Shown here in pieces: positions 22,961 through 37,488 of a stretch of 64,000 nucleotides of DNA (position 1 is the first letter of the stretch; every line of letters starts with the position of its first letter). The stretch is from the NCBI GenBank assembly GCA_964016885.1, contig OZ024743.1, forward strand, positions 189,720,001 through 189,784,000. Direction: 5' to 3'. The position numbers and the translations under genes are program-made. Source of the stretch: Eledone cirrhosa. Its lineage: Eukaryota. The notes under the pieces were generated by a model. It was not told the origin of the DNA, searched no databases, and saw only the letters and a program-made list of their open reading frames with translations.

Positions 22961-25900
22961 AACTGTACCTGGAATGATTCCCTAATCTCTGAGCTACAAA
23001 CCCCATCAGTTAATGTTACTCCAAAAATTGTTGTGTGGGAAATTTGGTTGATCTAAACTGTATGGGAGCCCATCGTACTTATATATATATATATATGTGT
23101 ATGTGTATGTCTTTTGATAATACAACTGATAAAATGGGTACATTTAAGTTAACATGTCTTTATTCCCTCCAAGTTATGCCTACACCTACCTTGTCATTCT
23201 TGCCTCTAGGAATACAGTAAATCATTGATTAATTCAAAGATGTAGCTTTTGTGTTCTCCTCTGATCGATCACAGTATGATCAAAGGTTTTCCACTTGTGT
23301 ACATCTGAATTTTTTTTAGTCACAATGTGTCTAAGAATCTCATCCTGTGCATCTTACTTTCCTTAAAGATGGTAGAGCATGATTTAACAATACTCTGTTT
23401 AAATATGGATATAATTAGCATTTGCACATATTGACATTTGCTAAGCAGTCAATTACCTCTAGACCTGTTTTGCATAAGTTTAAAATATTTAAGATAATTA
23501 CCAAGCTCATGAGTAGGGAAATTGATAACACAAAATTAAAAATCATTCAGAAAACTCTTTATAAATATTTAAAATTATAAATTTATTGCTCATATTTGAA
23601 ATTTTATAAGATTTTAACTTCTAACTAACCAATATCTTTGTATAATTTTGTACCCATAATATCATACAAGTTTCATGCAGGCAAAGTCTTATGAGAATGA
23701 TAATTAAATCATCAATAAATTAATATTTATGTAGTTAGAGCTTATTTAATTTGTAGAGTTAACCAAAGTGTAATTTATGAGCAATAAGCCCTTGTTTCTA
23801 TAAATTCTATAACTTACATATATATTCCATCACCTGCAAGGCCAATACAAGAGTAAACCACATGCACTTATATAATCATCAGTATTTTATGCATGCATAT
23901 AAAAACATGTAGATGCCTTGGAGCATCTAAATCTAAATCTTAATGTATATGTGTGCAATTGTGTGTAAAAGAATCAAAAACCAAAATATAAAGCTCTATT
24001 GCTTAAATATTTAACTCACTGAATATAGATTAACAAATTGAAAAAGAAAATGAAAATAGTGGTTTTTAAAATAGCAAGCAAACCTTTAAAAGATAATTTT
24101 AATGTTGGTGTTACGTTTATAAACCTTCGTGACAAACAGCATAAACGTTTTGGATATTTTGATAGAAAAATATTTACTAAAATATTTCTGTTGTCTATTA
24201 TGTTTTGCATATTAATATAAACTGTTTCAGTTCATTAATATTTTATTGCTATTTCATTTTATCAGTTTTACATTTTATTTTTTTGCATTTTATGTTGTAG
24301 AAATAGATGGGCAATTCTCTATATTTCAATATTTGCATAAAATATTGAGGTGGATATATTTTTATAGTTGCATGATATTTCTAGCAATGTGATAATTTAG
24401 AATTTAAATAAATGAGAATTGCAGTCAATTCTTACCTACAGTGAGAATAAGATGTTATTTCATATGTCACACTGGGCTTGTGGCACAGTTTCCATAGACA
24501 AACAATTAAAAGAAAAAATCTTTATGGACAAGAGAATCAGACAGGTTTGGTTAAGTTAGTATAACCTATGAATGCAAGAAGAGTGTAAAATAGAGTTCCA
24601 GAAGCTTGAAGATGCAAACTTCTGTGTTTTATTTGCAGATATATCATGGAGGTGGAACGAAATGTAAAAGTAGTTCAAGTTACTCATGTATAAAGTTAAT
24701 TAAAGTTCAGAAATGCTAAACTTATAGTAAATATACAAGGGATAAAAATACATACAATTTACAAGTGGGCATGCACTTAAATGTTAGTGATCGAAGTTTA
24801 TAGACTTAATTTTAATGTCTGTAAATATAAAATGTTTACAACAATTTGTTTTAGAAAATATATATTGTCATCATCATCATGTTTCATCGAATCCTTCAGG
24901 TATCTAGATATCATGTCAATCTACATGATTTCATTTATATTGGCATGTCACCATAGCAAACTAGACAGCAAACAACTAACACATTCACATAGGTTTGGGT
25001 TGAGTGAATACACTGTGGCAATTAATAGAAGAGGAAATAGATTTCAAAATAAAGCATAAATCAAAAATTTCAATTTTGGAAGAAAATCATTTAGAAAAAT
25101 AATATAAAAAAATATCAACATTTTTCTATCATGTCTAACGTTGCTATAGCAGAAAAGGAAAAATGAGCTGAGTGAATAAAATGTTACATAACAAGCTAAA
25201 AGCTTTTGGGTTAAAATTCTTCATGAACATCTTATTAGGTTGCAGTTGTTGTTTAGCCCCAGGTCAGCTCTTATAAGATTAAAGTATTCAAGCTATGGCT
25301 ATCTCCTCACAAGGACACAAATGTAGAGGCCAACAACTCACAGAAAAGAGTTTCTGTGAAGTGTTTATCGTGTACCTACTCAAGAGTATGAGACACACTT
25401 TTATTCTAAACCATTCCCAACTTAATTAATCAGCTAAGTATTGTAAACTAGTCCATTACACAGTAGGGTCAATGGAAAGTATTCTCTACCTTAGGCAAGC
25501 CTTACAATGTGTGTGCCTTTTTCTTGATTATGATTGTATTCTGAATAAAGCCCGGAGTAGAGCAAATGAAATATATCACATATTATTGTATCAATATTTC
25601 AACTGGTAATGATTCAATTTTCTGAAAATTATTGAGTATTGATTTTTCACTCTAGCCCACACTTAACTTAAGCCAAATCATGCAACAGATCATAATTCCA
25701 TATGACCCTCTTTTCTCCTGTGTCACACCTACTCCTGTTCCCATCTTTATCTGCTTTAAGAGTGACTGCACCTACTTTCTTTATTTCTAACTTTTTATCA
25801 TTTTAGCTAGCTTAAGAAATTTTGTGTATGATCAGAATATGTATGGCACCTCTAAATTATAGTACCTGATACTATCACCTAGTTTGCCTAGTGCTTATGC

Positions 25901-27289
25901 TAGCTGTCTCTATAAGCAAATTCAAACAGAGCAATATTTCAAATTGGAACAAGAAAAGATGCCACTAAATACTGCAAAGATTTTCAACATCTTTTAAATG
26001 TATAGCACCATGAATAAGGTTCTATATATACACCATTAATATTTTAAAGAATTCAGTATATAAAATGGCTGCATGCTTTTCACTTTGTTATAAAGAAATA
26101 TACTTGGCATAAATGTAGTATCAGTGACTACAGTGTGTGGCCACTTGATCTGTCAAATCTTTTTCAAATTACATCCTATCATGTTAAACAAATAACGACA
26201 CATTTGATAATGTAATCTTAGATATATTGTTTGAAAATAAGATCGAATTGTTATAGGTTTTCTCAGTCAAGGATGATCTTTGGTTATAAACAACAGCAAT
26301 TCAAAAAATTATGAGCCTCTGAAAGGTCACAAGGCCTGTTAGAAATAGCAGCTAAATCATCTTTAAATCCCATCCTATTGTCTTAAAAAGAGACACATTG
26401 GACAGTGTAGGTTCTAATATTACTTACTGTAGGTTGGCTGAATTAGAGGTTATCTGAGACTATAAAACAACAAAAAAAGACTACAAGTCAACAAGGGAAG
26501 CTTTAATACCATCACATAATTTGCTAGAAATAACAGCAAAATCTCTTCAATTTCACACCTTCAAAAATGATACATTGGAGAATGTTATTCTATGTACACT
26601 ATGTATGAAAAGAAAGATGAGTTGGCAATGGTTGGAATGACTTTTATGATAAGTCAACTTGATCAAGATCAACAACTGAGAACATTGACTGGAAATACAA
26701 TGAAAATATAATAGAAAAGTTATCAGATAAATATGTCTGATAAAAACATAATTATATTCTCTAAATTTGTTTAAAATTAATTAGTGGAAAACATAAGGGT
26801 GAAAATTAGTTATATATTTATTTGAAATAGAATTTTAATTAATTTTAATCTAAATTAATTTTTCACTCTCTCTTTTATTTTCTTCTCATTACCACCACAC
26901 CTTTGCTACCACAACTTCTATAGATATTATATCATCATCATCATCATCATCATCATGATTATCGTGCGCATCAATGTTGTTGTTATGATCATCATCAATA
27001 TTGTTATCTTGCTCTATTTCATCATCATCATCAACATTATTACTGTTTCAACTACTTTCACTGTCTCTATGTGGGTTGATAACATCACTATTTCTAATAT
27101 AATCATCATTCTTCTGCTTCGAAGAACCATTAACATTGTCACACAAAAGCCATTTCCTAAACAAGTAATACAACAAACTCCCCCCAAAATAGGTAATTAG
27201 ACTACCTTCAACAGTACTATTATACCATCACCACCATAATTACTCAGCTGCCTTCATCAGTAGCCACTCAAACAACACTACCAGCAATA

Positions 27290-27625
27290 TCTCCAATAGT
27301 GGTTGTTTTGGTGATACAACAAAAAGCAAAAAGCACCCAGTCCACACAGTAAAGTGGTCATTTTGGTGCAACATCGAAAAGCACCCAGCCTACACTTTAA
27401 ATTGGTCATGTTAGTGACATGACAAAAAGTGCACCCAGTCCACACTGTAATGTGGTCATTTTGGTTCCATGTAGTTGGCATTAGAAAGGGCATTCAGCAG
27501 TAGAAACCAAGCCAGAAAAACTTCTGTATGAGCAAGACATGGTCATCTGATCTGAGTTGTCTCACAAGGAGACAACTCATCCAACCCATGCAAGCAGGAT
27601 TATGGTAGTGATGATAGTGATGCTG
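27290..27625 (+). mobile_element. Degenerate SINE-B / RTE 3'-UTR-like fragment
   Basis: Repeated aaagcacccagtccacac.gtaa.gtggtc, then gttggcattagaaagggcattcagc and caacccatgcaagca. Confidence 0.65.
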
Positions 27626-28140
27626 ATCACCCACTTGTACCCTCATTAACAACATGGTCATCATCCTCATCAGCAGCAATAATTTTATCAAGCTTCCCCC
27701 CTTATCCTCCTCCTCTTCATCATCATCAATAAAATGCCACCCATCATTATGCATGCATTATCTTCTCTCCTTTCTGCTCTTCACCATCATCATAGCTTTG
27801 CTAGCAGAAGTTTTTCCATTATCATACAAAGCATTCTTCCCAGCACTGACACCAAAACCACAATCCCATAGTCCATCTATTGATTAATTCTGAGACCCTC
27901 ACAGCCTCAAGCTGTGGTTTATTGACAGGTCAGCTACAGCTATCTCAGACACAAACATTTCAAAATTTAATGCTAATTTTGCATCTAAGTTCCAAAATTT
28001 GCATAAGTTTCTCACCCTGTCACTTCCTCAGAAACAATACAGCTAGTCATAAAATATAGCCATGATTGCTCTTGTGTGTCTCTTAGCTACCCCCTCTCTC
28101 TTTCTTTCTCTTTCACTCTCTCTCTCTTGGCATATATATA

Positions 28141-28219
<79 letters not shown>

Positions 28220-28442
28220 ACACATATATATATGTATATGAAGCTGAAAATTCACTTCATCTTTTTGCTTGAAGCAATGTGCAAAGTTGAGAAACTTGAA
28301 ATAAAGACAGGGTGAAATATCAGTTTCAATGAACTCTATTAAAATGTATTGAATGTTCTTTATATATATTTATATATATATTTATATACAATCATATAAA
28401 TATTTATATATATATATATATATACATATTTATATATATAAT

Positions 28443-28522
<80 letters not shown>

Positions 28523-28962
28523 ATCACATATATATACACATTATTTTCAATATCATTAACATCATCATCACTTATTGCCCGTCTTCCTTGCTAGCAAATG
28601 TTGCATGAGTTTTTCCTGACTGAGGCAGTTCTCAAGAGGAGCTACTGACCTCTCAGATGAACTGAAGGCCTCCATCTTGCTTATATATGTTCTTGCTCTC
28701 TACTACCTTCATTTTATCATGGTGCCAGTACTAGAGAGGTTGTCATGTATTTGATGCAACTGACCCTTTATGTTACAAGTTTCCTATAGATGGATGAAGT
28801 TTGGGAAACTTTAATATATTTATATAATTACACATTATGTGTTAATTGCTCTTTTCATTTTTGTTCCATATATATATCCCTATATATCCACCTCCTCTAC
28901 CTCCTCATCATCATTTAATGTCCCTTTAAATACACAGACATATTTTTAGGAATGTATGTATG

Positions 28963-29017
<55 letters not shown>

Positions 29018-29574
29018 ATATTTGTATGTATTTATGTATTTGTTTAACACACACATACACACATATATATATGATTTTGTGACTCATTTGGAATCCAATA
29101 TAATGAAAGCCTAATACAAAAACAAAAACTCTCACTGCATGATCTCGTTAGAATTATTACTTCTGGACTACATGGAGTTCTAACAACATTATTGACCCAA
29201 CCATAGACTAATATATATATATATATATATGAACATTAAGAATATTAGTGTTTAGAAAGTTGAATTCACAATCATGAGTTTGTGAGATCGATTCCTGAAT
29301 CAGGCAATGTGATATGTTCTTGAGCAAGACACTTAATTTTACATTGCTCTTTTTACCAGAAGTTGTCGCCGGTGGCCGTAGGTCGTATGGAAAGACCAAC
29401 GAAAACATTCTTTTCTTGGTCCAATCTGACATGTTCCATCTCACTTGATAAGCAAATGACATCTTATAAAAAAGAAAAAAAGAGTTAATGGCTTCAACAC
29501 TCTCTATTGATTTCAAAAATAATCTAATAATTGGGACATCAAAACCCTTGCAGGCAGAAAAAAGTGGACGAAAT

Positions 29575-30898
29575 GCAGTTCAGTTTCATGCGTTGGGAAA
29601 GTACTACTGTTACCCTCTTCTTAGTGAGACAACTACAAGAGAAGTTCCTAGCCAAGAATAAGCTATAATATTTAGCTTTTGTTGAAGTAGAAAAGTACCT
29701 CAATCTATTATCTGGACATCCTTAAGAAAATTTTGTGAGAACACTGCAATCCAACCATAGAGGAGCTGTCACTAAAATGGGAGTAGGAAATGAGTTTAGT
29801 GAGGAATTCAAGATAGAGGTAAGTGTTCATCAAGATTCAATTCTTAGTGTAATGTTGTTCATCTTAGTTCTCTAGACCATAACAGGGGAGTTTAAGACTG
29901 GCTGTCCATGAGAACTTCTCTATGTAGATAATCTGGTCCTTATAGCTGAATCCATAAGATAACTAGACAATAAGTTCCAACTATGGAAACAGAACTTGGA
30001 ATCAAACGGTCTGAGAGTAAATGTAGTCAAAACTAAAGTGCTAGTAAGTAAGAAAGAAGATAGGAACCTGATTCCCACAGGGAAGTGACCTTGCTCAATA
30101 TATAGGAAAGGACTTGGCCTAAACTCTATACGATGTACACAATGTGAATCTTGGATACACAAGAGATATAGTGGGATAACAGGTAGATTAACAGAAAGGG
30201 AAAACTTTGTATGTAAAAGATGCACAGGGGTAATTAAGGGGAAGAGCGTCAGTAATATAAACCTTTTCCAAGCAGATGAAGGATTGATAGAAGTGGTTGA
30301 TAGCTTCTACTATCTAAGTGACCTAATTAGCAGTAGAGGAGGTTGTTCTAAGAGCATAATAACTAGAATAAGGATAGGATGGAAGAGATTTAGAGAGTTA
30401 CTCCTAGTGTTGACAGCAAAAGGTTTCTCCCAACATACAAAAGGACAACTGTATGATGCTTGTGTGCAAAGTACAATGCTGCATGGCAGTGAAACATGGG
30501 CAGTGGATGCAGAGGCTCGAAAAAGCAGTCATGCCTCATTGGATGTGCAATACAAATGTGAGAGATAGGCAGAGCTTGTATGAACTGAGGGAAAAGAAAT
30601 TGGTTTTAAGAGAAATCAGAAGCAGTGTACAAGAGAGAAGATTGTGTTAGTACAGACATTTGATGCATATGGATGATTATCGCTGGGTGAAGTGCCAGGA
30701 AATCCCAGTGAAAGGAAGTTGCTGTGGAGGTAGACCAAGGAAGATGTGGATAGATGTGGTGAGAGTTGATCTCAAATCACTTAGACTCACAGAGGAGATG
30801 ATGAAGGAATGCAGTGAGTGGAGAGATGTTATGCAGAACCGACTCATTCAACCTATGCAAACATGGAAAAATGAACGTAATGTTGATGATGATGGTGA
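29575..30898 (+). mobile_element. Old RTE LINE fragment with many stops and frameshifts
   Basis: QFSFM..KST, QLQEKFLAK, LYVDNL, PHD-like remnant, LHGSETW, GRPRKMW and an (ATG)n tail. Confidence 0.88.
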
Positions 30899-31133
30899 TA
30901 TATATATATAAGGAAAGCAAGAAAGAGAAATATTTAAATACGTATATATTTAGAGTTGTACTTGTTTGTAAGTTGGAAAGAAGACATGTTCTTTGTACTA
31001 TCAGGGAAACAGTTGTGTTCAATATGCAGAAAAGAGTTAGACTGGAATAAACAGGTGCTTTTTCTAAAAAAAATGTATTTTCCATTCCTTTCTCTTCTCT
31101 TCTATCTAACTATTTCATCTTTTATTCCTCATG

Positions 31134-31175
31134 CTATTTTTGATGAAGGACTAGTGTCCGAAATGTAAAAATTAT
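31134..31175 (+). ncRNA. Degenerate minimal hammerhead (related copy at about 44520-44555)
   Basis: tattt TTGATGA agga ctagtg tcc GAAA tGTA aaaa; the 44520 copy reads tatttt CTGATGA aggactaacctcc aaaa. Confidence 0.45.
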
Positions 31176-31432
31176 TTTCTTACTATAGCAAGCGTTAACT
31201 ACATACATTTCTTCATTGTACTGAGTTGTGTGCTTTGTTGTTCTGGTTTACTATTTGAACACACACACATACATACACATGCACCGACACAGATACACAT
31301 ACACACATGCACACACACTTACAGACACACACATGCACAGATAGCCCCCCCCCCCCCCCTTCCACACACACACATTCTCAAAACCTGCTGTTTCATCATA
31401 GTAGTGGATCACAATTTTACTTTAAAATATAC

Positions 31433-32468
31433 TAGCTGACGTACCCAGCTTCGCCCGGGTAAACAGATGATAAGAGAAGACAGGTAAAAGAGAAAATGAC
31501 TGTATTGCATGTTTGTCTGGTTACAGTATGAGGCGAGTCTGTGGTGTCTGTGTGATACAAAAAAACATAAAAAAAAATCTTTCAGATATACCAGATTTCA
31601 GACGTGGTTGTTCCACGTTTCTCAAAAGGATGATGGAAGTTCCAAGCTTTTATATTATATGTAGATATATATATAGATAATTAATATAAAAGATGTCCGT
31701 CAATGTAAAAAAGGTCCCTATTTACTTGAAATAATTTATACAAATGCCAAATTAATATGGATATGGATAATATGCTTATCTATAAGTGGTCAGCTATAAT
31801 AATAAAACAACAAATTATATGACAAAAATTTATTCAGTAATTTCCAGGCTCTTAGCCACTGAGTAATATACAGTCAATGTTGCCCAGAGTTCAACTCGGG
31901 GAGGTGGCCTGGTTTGAACTCCAAAAGGCGGATCCTTCTACTTCGAAAATAGAATCATTTTTCAATATTACTCTAAACCTGGCCGACCATAGGATCCAAC
32001 CGTTTTGCCAGACTCAGCATATGATGAGGTTTTATTACCGCCACAATCAGAAGTGACGCACGCAAACTTACACACGCACCCGTGCACTTACACACGCACA
32101 CACTCACACATGTTGATAGTTTTTACTTTCTGTGGAATGCTGCACGCACGCACACACACATAAACATACGCGCACGTACATACACACGCACACATGTTAA
32201 TAGTTATTGCTTTCCTTCCCCTCTTATTTCCACACACATCACACACAGACATGTCTCTACACTGACACATATACATAGTGTATCCAACACAGCGTTCATT
32301 TTACCTCTCTGTTTCTTACTCTCCCCTCCCACTCTCTCATTGGCATTATCCATATTAATTTAAGTTTGGCGTCGTTGAGGTGGGCGGAGTCGTTTGAAAC
32401 CTATGAACCAATGATAATCGAGAATTATGACACACGGAATACTGACATTGTTGAAATTAATATATAGA
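31433..32468 (-). mobile_element. Non-autonomous Helitron-like element(s)
   Basis: Minus-strand 3' end acccgggcgaagctgggt (hairpin) acgtcagCTAG-T at about 31433. TC-starting 5' ends at about 32468 (tctatatattaatttcaac) and about 31666. Confidence 0.7.
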
Positions 32469-33720
32469 TAAACACTTTTCTGAATCTGATGAATTATATT
32501 TGTAATTAAATCAAATTTACATCATGAATCAGATAAGAGGTCAGCAATATATGTCTTGTTATTTGAACTATATTATATATGTGGTCAACGCACTTAACTC
32601 TCAAATAACACAGGTCACCGAGTTGTAAAGAGTCAATGATGGAAACAATTTGTTGTTCCAGACAATTGTATCACTGAAAATTTTGCTATGCTTTGCAAGC
32701 TTGTAATCTTGAATTCAACTGTTCCTGCATATCTAATTTTGAGGAAGCTTATTTGCCAAAAGTAGATTAAAAATTACTGAATATAACCTACAGGGAATGA
32801 AAAACGTTAAGAGACTTGCTTCTCAACAAACACACTCATATAACACTACCACATTTGTATTATGTGACTTTAGTGGATTTTACTGCTTCAGGCATGTGAT
32901 CCAGATCTCTAATCTATGGATTAACTTCTCTTTCTACCAACAGTCTTAAAGCAGATCTTCCATTATAGTTTTGGGATTGGAGGGGCTTAAGTATATATAC
33001 TGTACATGTGTATTATTATTATTAGTTCACACATTTTTATCACCAATACGAAATTAAGAAAGAAATTTAAACATGATCATTCTAACATAATTAGAGTCAA
33101 TAACAAATCAGTTTAGTAAAAAGAAAAGCACAAGTATATTGAAACAAATTATTTTAAATCATCATTGACAAATGTTCCAAATATGCTGTAATGATCACAG
33201 TTCTAGGAAACAAAATAGTTTCCAACAGAGAAATGTACTTGTTACTTATTTGAACAGTAATACATCATTTTTAACTAACAAAACTTTAAGATCATTCAAT
33301 ATGTTTCCACATTATTGGAAGGGCTTCAGCCTCAAAATCTCCTTAGTACCAGAAGGCCTGGGAAGACACTGAAAATATCTAATAGCACTACCATTCTTCC
33401 TCTGACTAAGCCATTAAAAGATTTAAAAAAAAAAAAACAGGGTGAAAGGATCAATTGTGTAAGCAGCAGGAGCTCAGTAAAAGCAATATCAATTTCTGAT
33501 GTCTTACAATGCATTGATCTTTCATAAGGCTTAGCCAAACATGCATTCTTCTGATCATAACTTATTCTAAATACATTACGAAAAAATCTCTGGTTAATTG
33601 TATATATTATCATTAAGCCAGTTACTATTTCATCTATTTCATCTTGGAGATGGTTTTGTTTAATTATTACAGCTATTTAATATTTATAAGCTTCTCTGAG
33701 ATATATTCTAAATGAATAAA

Positions 33721-33920
33721 TGTTTTTACTTTAGGCACAAGGCCAGCAGTTACGGTAGAGGATCGGACGCCATGCTTTCCAGCATTACGCCGCTTTACGA
33801 TCTGAGTTCAAATCCCGCCGAGGTTGACTTTGCCTTTCATCCTTACGGGGTCGATAAAATAAAGTACCAGTAGTGCACTGGGTAATTGCTGGCCTTGTGC
33901 CTAAAGTAGAAACAATTATT
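33721..33920 (+). mobile_element. SINE family A whose 5' end is replaced by an inverted copy of its 3' end
   Basis: 33721-33753 is the near reverse complement of 33882-33914. Confidence 0.8.
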
Positions 33921-34439
33921 CATTGAGATGTAATGTATATTACTGAATAAATTTTAAATATGTATTAATGGCAACACCTTAATAGTCAAGTTGATAGATG
34001 TTTTTAAACTGACAGCTATTTCTAGCGAAAATTTGTACTTGTCACCTATTCAGTTCTGTACAAAGTTTGCCTTGGTTTTAATTCGATGCATGCACGTCTT
34101 GTGCACCATGCTGGATTATTTCGAGAACATAAGCCCAACAACAGGTTAATATATCTTATCTCTCATAATTCTAGGATCAGAAATTCCCTCTCTAACAATC
34201 AAGTCATTTCTCGCAGTAATTGGCCATCTTAATTTATTAGGGTGGTTGATTCTGATATTTTAACTTGTGAAACTTCAGTTATAGCATATAAAAAAATTTG
34301 TTATAGGAATGTTTTGCCTCTCGGGATGTGCTAGTGAGGTTCTATATTTTAAAATGCTTTACAGCGATCTTCCCTGTCATCAACTCTGAGCCTTAATCGA
34401 GATGGTTCTATATTTGTATGTATATATATATATATATAT

Positions 34440-34440
<1 letters not shown>

Positions 34441-34477
<37 letters not shown>

Positions 34478-34797
34478 TTTACGTACGCTTTTCCCTGCTT
34501 GCAAGGGTGGGAGGGGAACTAATTCGGGCTGGATTTCTACAGCTGGATGCGCTTCCTAACACCAACCTCATTTACAGTGAGTGCTGGATGCTTTTTTGCC
34601 GTGGCACCTCTACGGCCACTTTCCAGTGGAATGATATGGACCCCAGTCCCTATCATCTCATTTCTACAGCTGAGTAAACTGGAGCAATGTGAAATTAAGT
34701 GTCTTGCTCAAGGAAACGACACATCACCCGGTCTGAGAATTGAAATCACAACCTTTTGATTGCAAGGCCAATGCTCTAACCACTAAGCCATGTGCCT
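34441..34797 (-). mobile_element. SINE family B, full length
   Basis: Minus strand ggcacatggcttagtggttagagc ... gagcaagacact ... ggtgttaggaagcgcatccagc ... cccacccttgcaagcagggaaaagcgtacg (ATG)n. Confidence 0.88.
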
Positions 34798-35067
34798 CCA
34801 GCCAACAAAATAGCCCCTCTACCTCCTTCCCACCCCACCCCTAATCCTCCTCAACCTGAAACACGGCACTATGGTTATGTAAGTAATTCTTACCTATCTA
34901 CATTTTCTGCTTGTAGAGCTGTTTTTTATGTGCCTGTGTATATGTTATATGCGCATATTTATGAGTACATGTTTGTATGTATTTGTATGAGTGGCCGTTC
35001 GTTTGTATGCATATCGCGGTGTACGTGCGTTCACAAGTACCGGCATATGGGCATGTTTGTGTATGTT

Positions 35068-35110
<43 letters not shown>

Positions 35111-35115
<5 letters not shown>

Positions 35116-35310
35116 AACCAGTAAGACCCCGACAGCTGAGCTCAAGCCGTTTCGACGGCTAATTCTGGCGTCCAGAATTAGCCGTCGAAACGGCTTGAGC
35201 TCAGCTGTCGGGGTCTTACTGGTTCCTATTACCCACTCTACTACCCCAAGTATTGAGTACTTTGGTGCGTTATGGTCCACCTGGTTCCTTACCACATTTC
35301 CTTCGTTATA
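35111..35310 (+). repeat. Solo pLTR fragment with a perfect 58-bp-arm hairpin (35111-35229) containing the 3' half of an HHR
   Basis: Arms 35111-35168 and 35172-35229 around the loop cgt. Contains GAAAC ggc ttgagctca gct GTC gggg. Homologous to 41881-42020 on the minus strand. Confidence 0.88.
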
Positions 35311-35340
35311 TATATATATATATATGTGTGTATATATGCG

Positions 35341-35372
<32 letters not shown>

Positions 35373-35378
<6 letters not shown>

Positions 35379-37179
35379 AATACGAGTTCTAACCATCCAC
35401 TCTCTATAATTAAATCCATCCCTAGAAATGTTTCTCTTAGAATCTCCCGCCTATCGTCCAACCAACAAACCTTCAAAGAACATGCCGAGTATTATGATGA
35501 TGCACTTAGGAAAGCCGGTCACCTAGATAATATAGAGTATATAGTCAATGATCACCAAAACACCCAAAATAAATCACATAGGAGTAGAAATAGCACAGAA
35601 TCACCACCATACATACACTACCGCAATAGACACAATAATAGTCGCACACCACCAAACAGAAGGCGATGTAAGGAGTATATCTGGTACAACCCGGTCTATA
35701 ACAAATCTATTAAAACCAATCTACCCTCAAAATTCTTTCGATTAGTTAGAAAACACTTTCCAACATCACATAAATATAATAAAATCTTAAACCCTAACAC
35801 CATCCGACTTTCATATTCAACCGCCCCTAATATTGAACAACATATAAAAATGCTTAACGCAAAACGGTTGTATAAACGCCTTCCAACACATAACAATACA
35901 CGTAAAACATTAGCTATAACATCACAAAACAACAAACAACATCCTGTCCTACATAAGCAACCTCATCAACCCATCCATGGCAATACAACAACGCAAAATT
36001 GTAATTGCAACTGTGTCCAACCAGGAATGTGTCCGTTGAACAATCAGTGTCTTGAACGCAACATCGTATACAAATGTACTATCGAATCGGATAGACAGAA
36101 GTGGTACTATGTGGGATCTACAGCCACCTCCTTTAAATCACGCCTTTATAGACATCGTTATTCGATAAAACATGAAAACCAGCGTTATGTAACAACACTC
36201 GCAGACAAGGCTTGGCAGCTGCGTGAAAATAACCAACAATTTCACCTAAAATGGGATATAATAGCGGCTGCCCCCCCCATATCCAATGGACAGGAATTTT
36301 GTAAATTATGTAATGTAGAATTATTTTGTATTATGAAATCCAAAAACATTTTATTAAATAACAGAATAGAGCGATCGTTATACTGTAACCATCGCTTAAA
36401 ATCTACATTTTCATATTATAAATACTACCAGGATTGAACGCCTGTCTCTATCCCCGTTTGATTGTCAAAATAGATATGAACATTCTTTATTAGTCTTAAT
36501 TCTATCAACTCTTCTATTATTTACCTTTTAATACAAACTGCTATAGATAAAATGAGATTTCTGATTTCTTGATTCAATTCCCTAGTGCAAATACCAGCTG
36601 ACTACTAGCATTGATGTTATTTAGTAGCAATCGAAATCTCCCCCTTCCCCAATTGACACTTTATGATTAATACTACTGCACCAAATGACCAGCCCTGTCC
36701 ACTGTCCAGTTGGTCAAGTAGAGATTAAAATCGGCACTCCCAAAATTCTTATTTAGATTTACTCATGGTATTCTCATTAAAAACCCATTATATACTTGTT
36801 TAGCAGTAAATTATTTTACCATCTGTCATATTCTATCCCCTCTGTTCCTTCCTCTTTTACTAATATAAATACTTCAATTTTTCTGATTTTATCCAGTTTA
36901 TCCAAAATCTCTGAAGAAGTGACAACTGATTATACATTTGCTATCGAATACTTGCTAACATTATATGATTACGCAAGCAGCGATACATAGGTATTCGGTC
37001 TGTTACAGAAACATATGTCAATACCTAATAAATTCCTTTTTTAACAAAAGCACTTTCATTTTATATTCATCCTTTCTACATTTCTCCGGAATATAATTTA
37101 TACTCGTTGAGCAAACCTGCACGTACGCTGTTCATCTCTAACGTAACGATATATTATCACTACATTATTGATAACCTGA

Positions 37180-37185
<6 letters not shown>
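35373..37185 (+). mobile_element. Penelope-like element PLE-2 (Naiad-type), 5'-truncated; open frame 35373-36437
   Basis: YVNTSSNHP..SLRISRLSS, IWYNP, IRLSYS, CNCVQPGMCPLNNQC, IVYKC..YYVG, CKLCNVE, CNH, followed by a 3' UTR with an HHR. Confidence 0.93.
36907..37023 (+). ncRNA. Hammerhead ribozyme with ~90-nt stem II
   Basis: CTGAAGA (36911-36917), nested pairs gtgaca/tgttac, actga/tcggt, atac/gtat, tatcg/cgata, cttgc/gcaag, then GAAAC atat GTC. Stem I is poor. Confidence 0.65.
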
Positions 37186-37257
<72 letters not shown>

Positions 37258-37278
37258 GTATGTGTATGTGTGTATATT

Positions 37279-37321
<43 letters not shown>

Positions 37322-37390
37322 GTGTATATTTATGTATATATATATATATGTGTGTATGTATATATATATATGTGTATGTATGTGTATATG

Positions 37391-37488
<98 letters not shown>

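Noticed and set aside
32560-33620. Possible exons with splice-like signals (also near 8145, 19000 and 24440)
   Set aside because: Short frames with stops and no homology; unsupported without transcript data.
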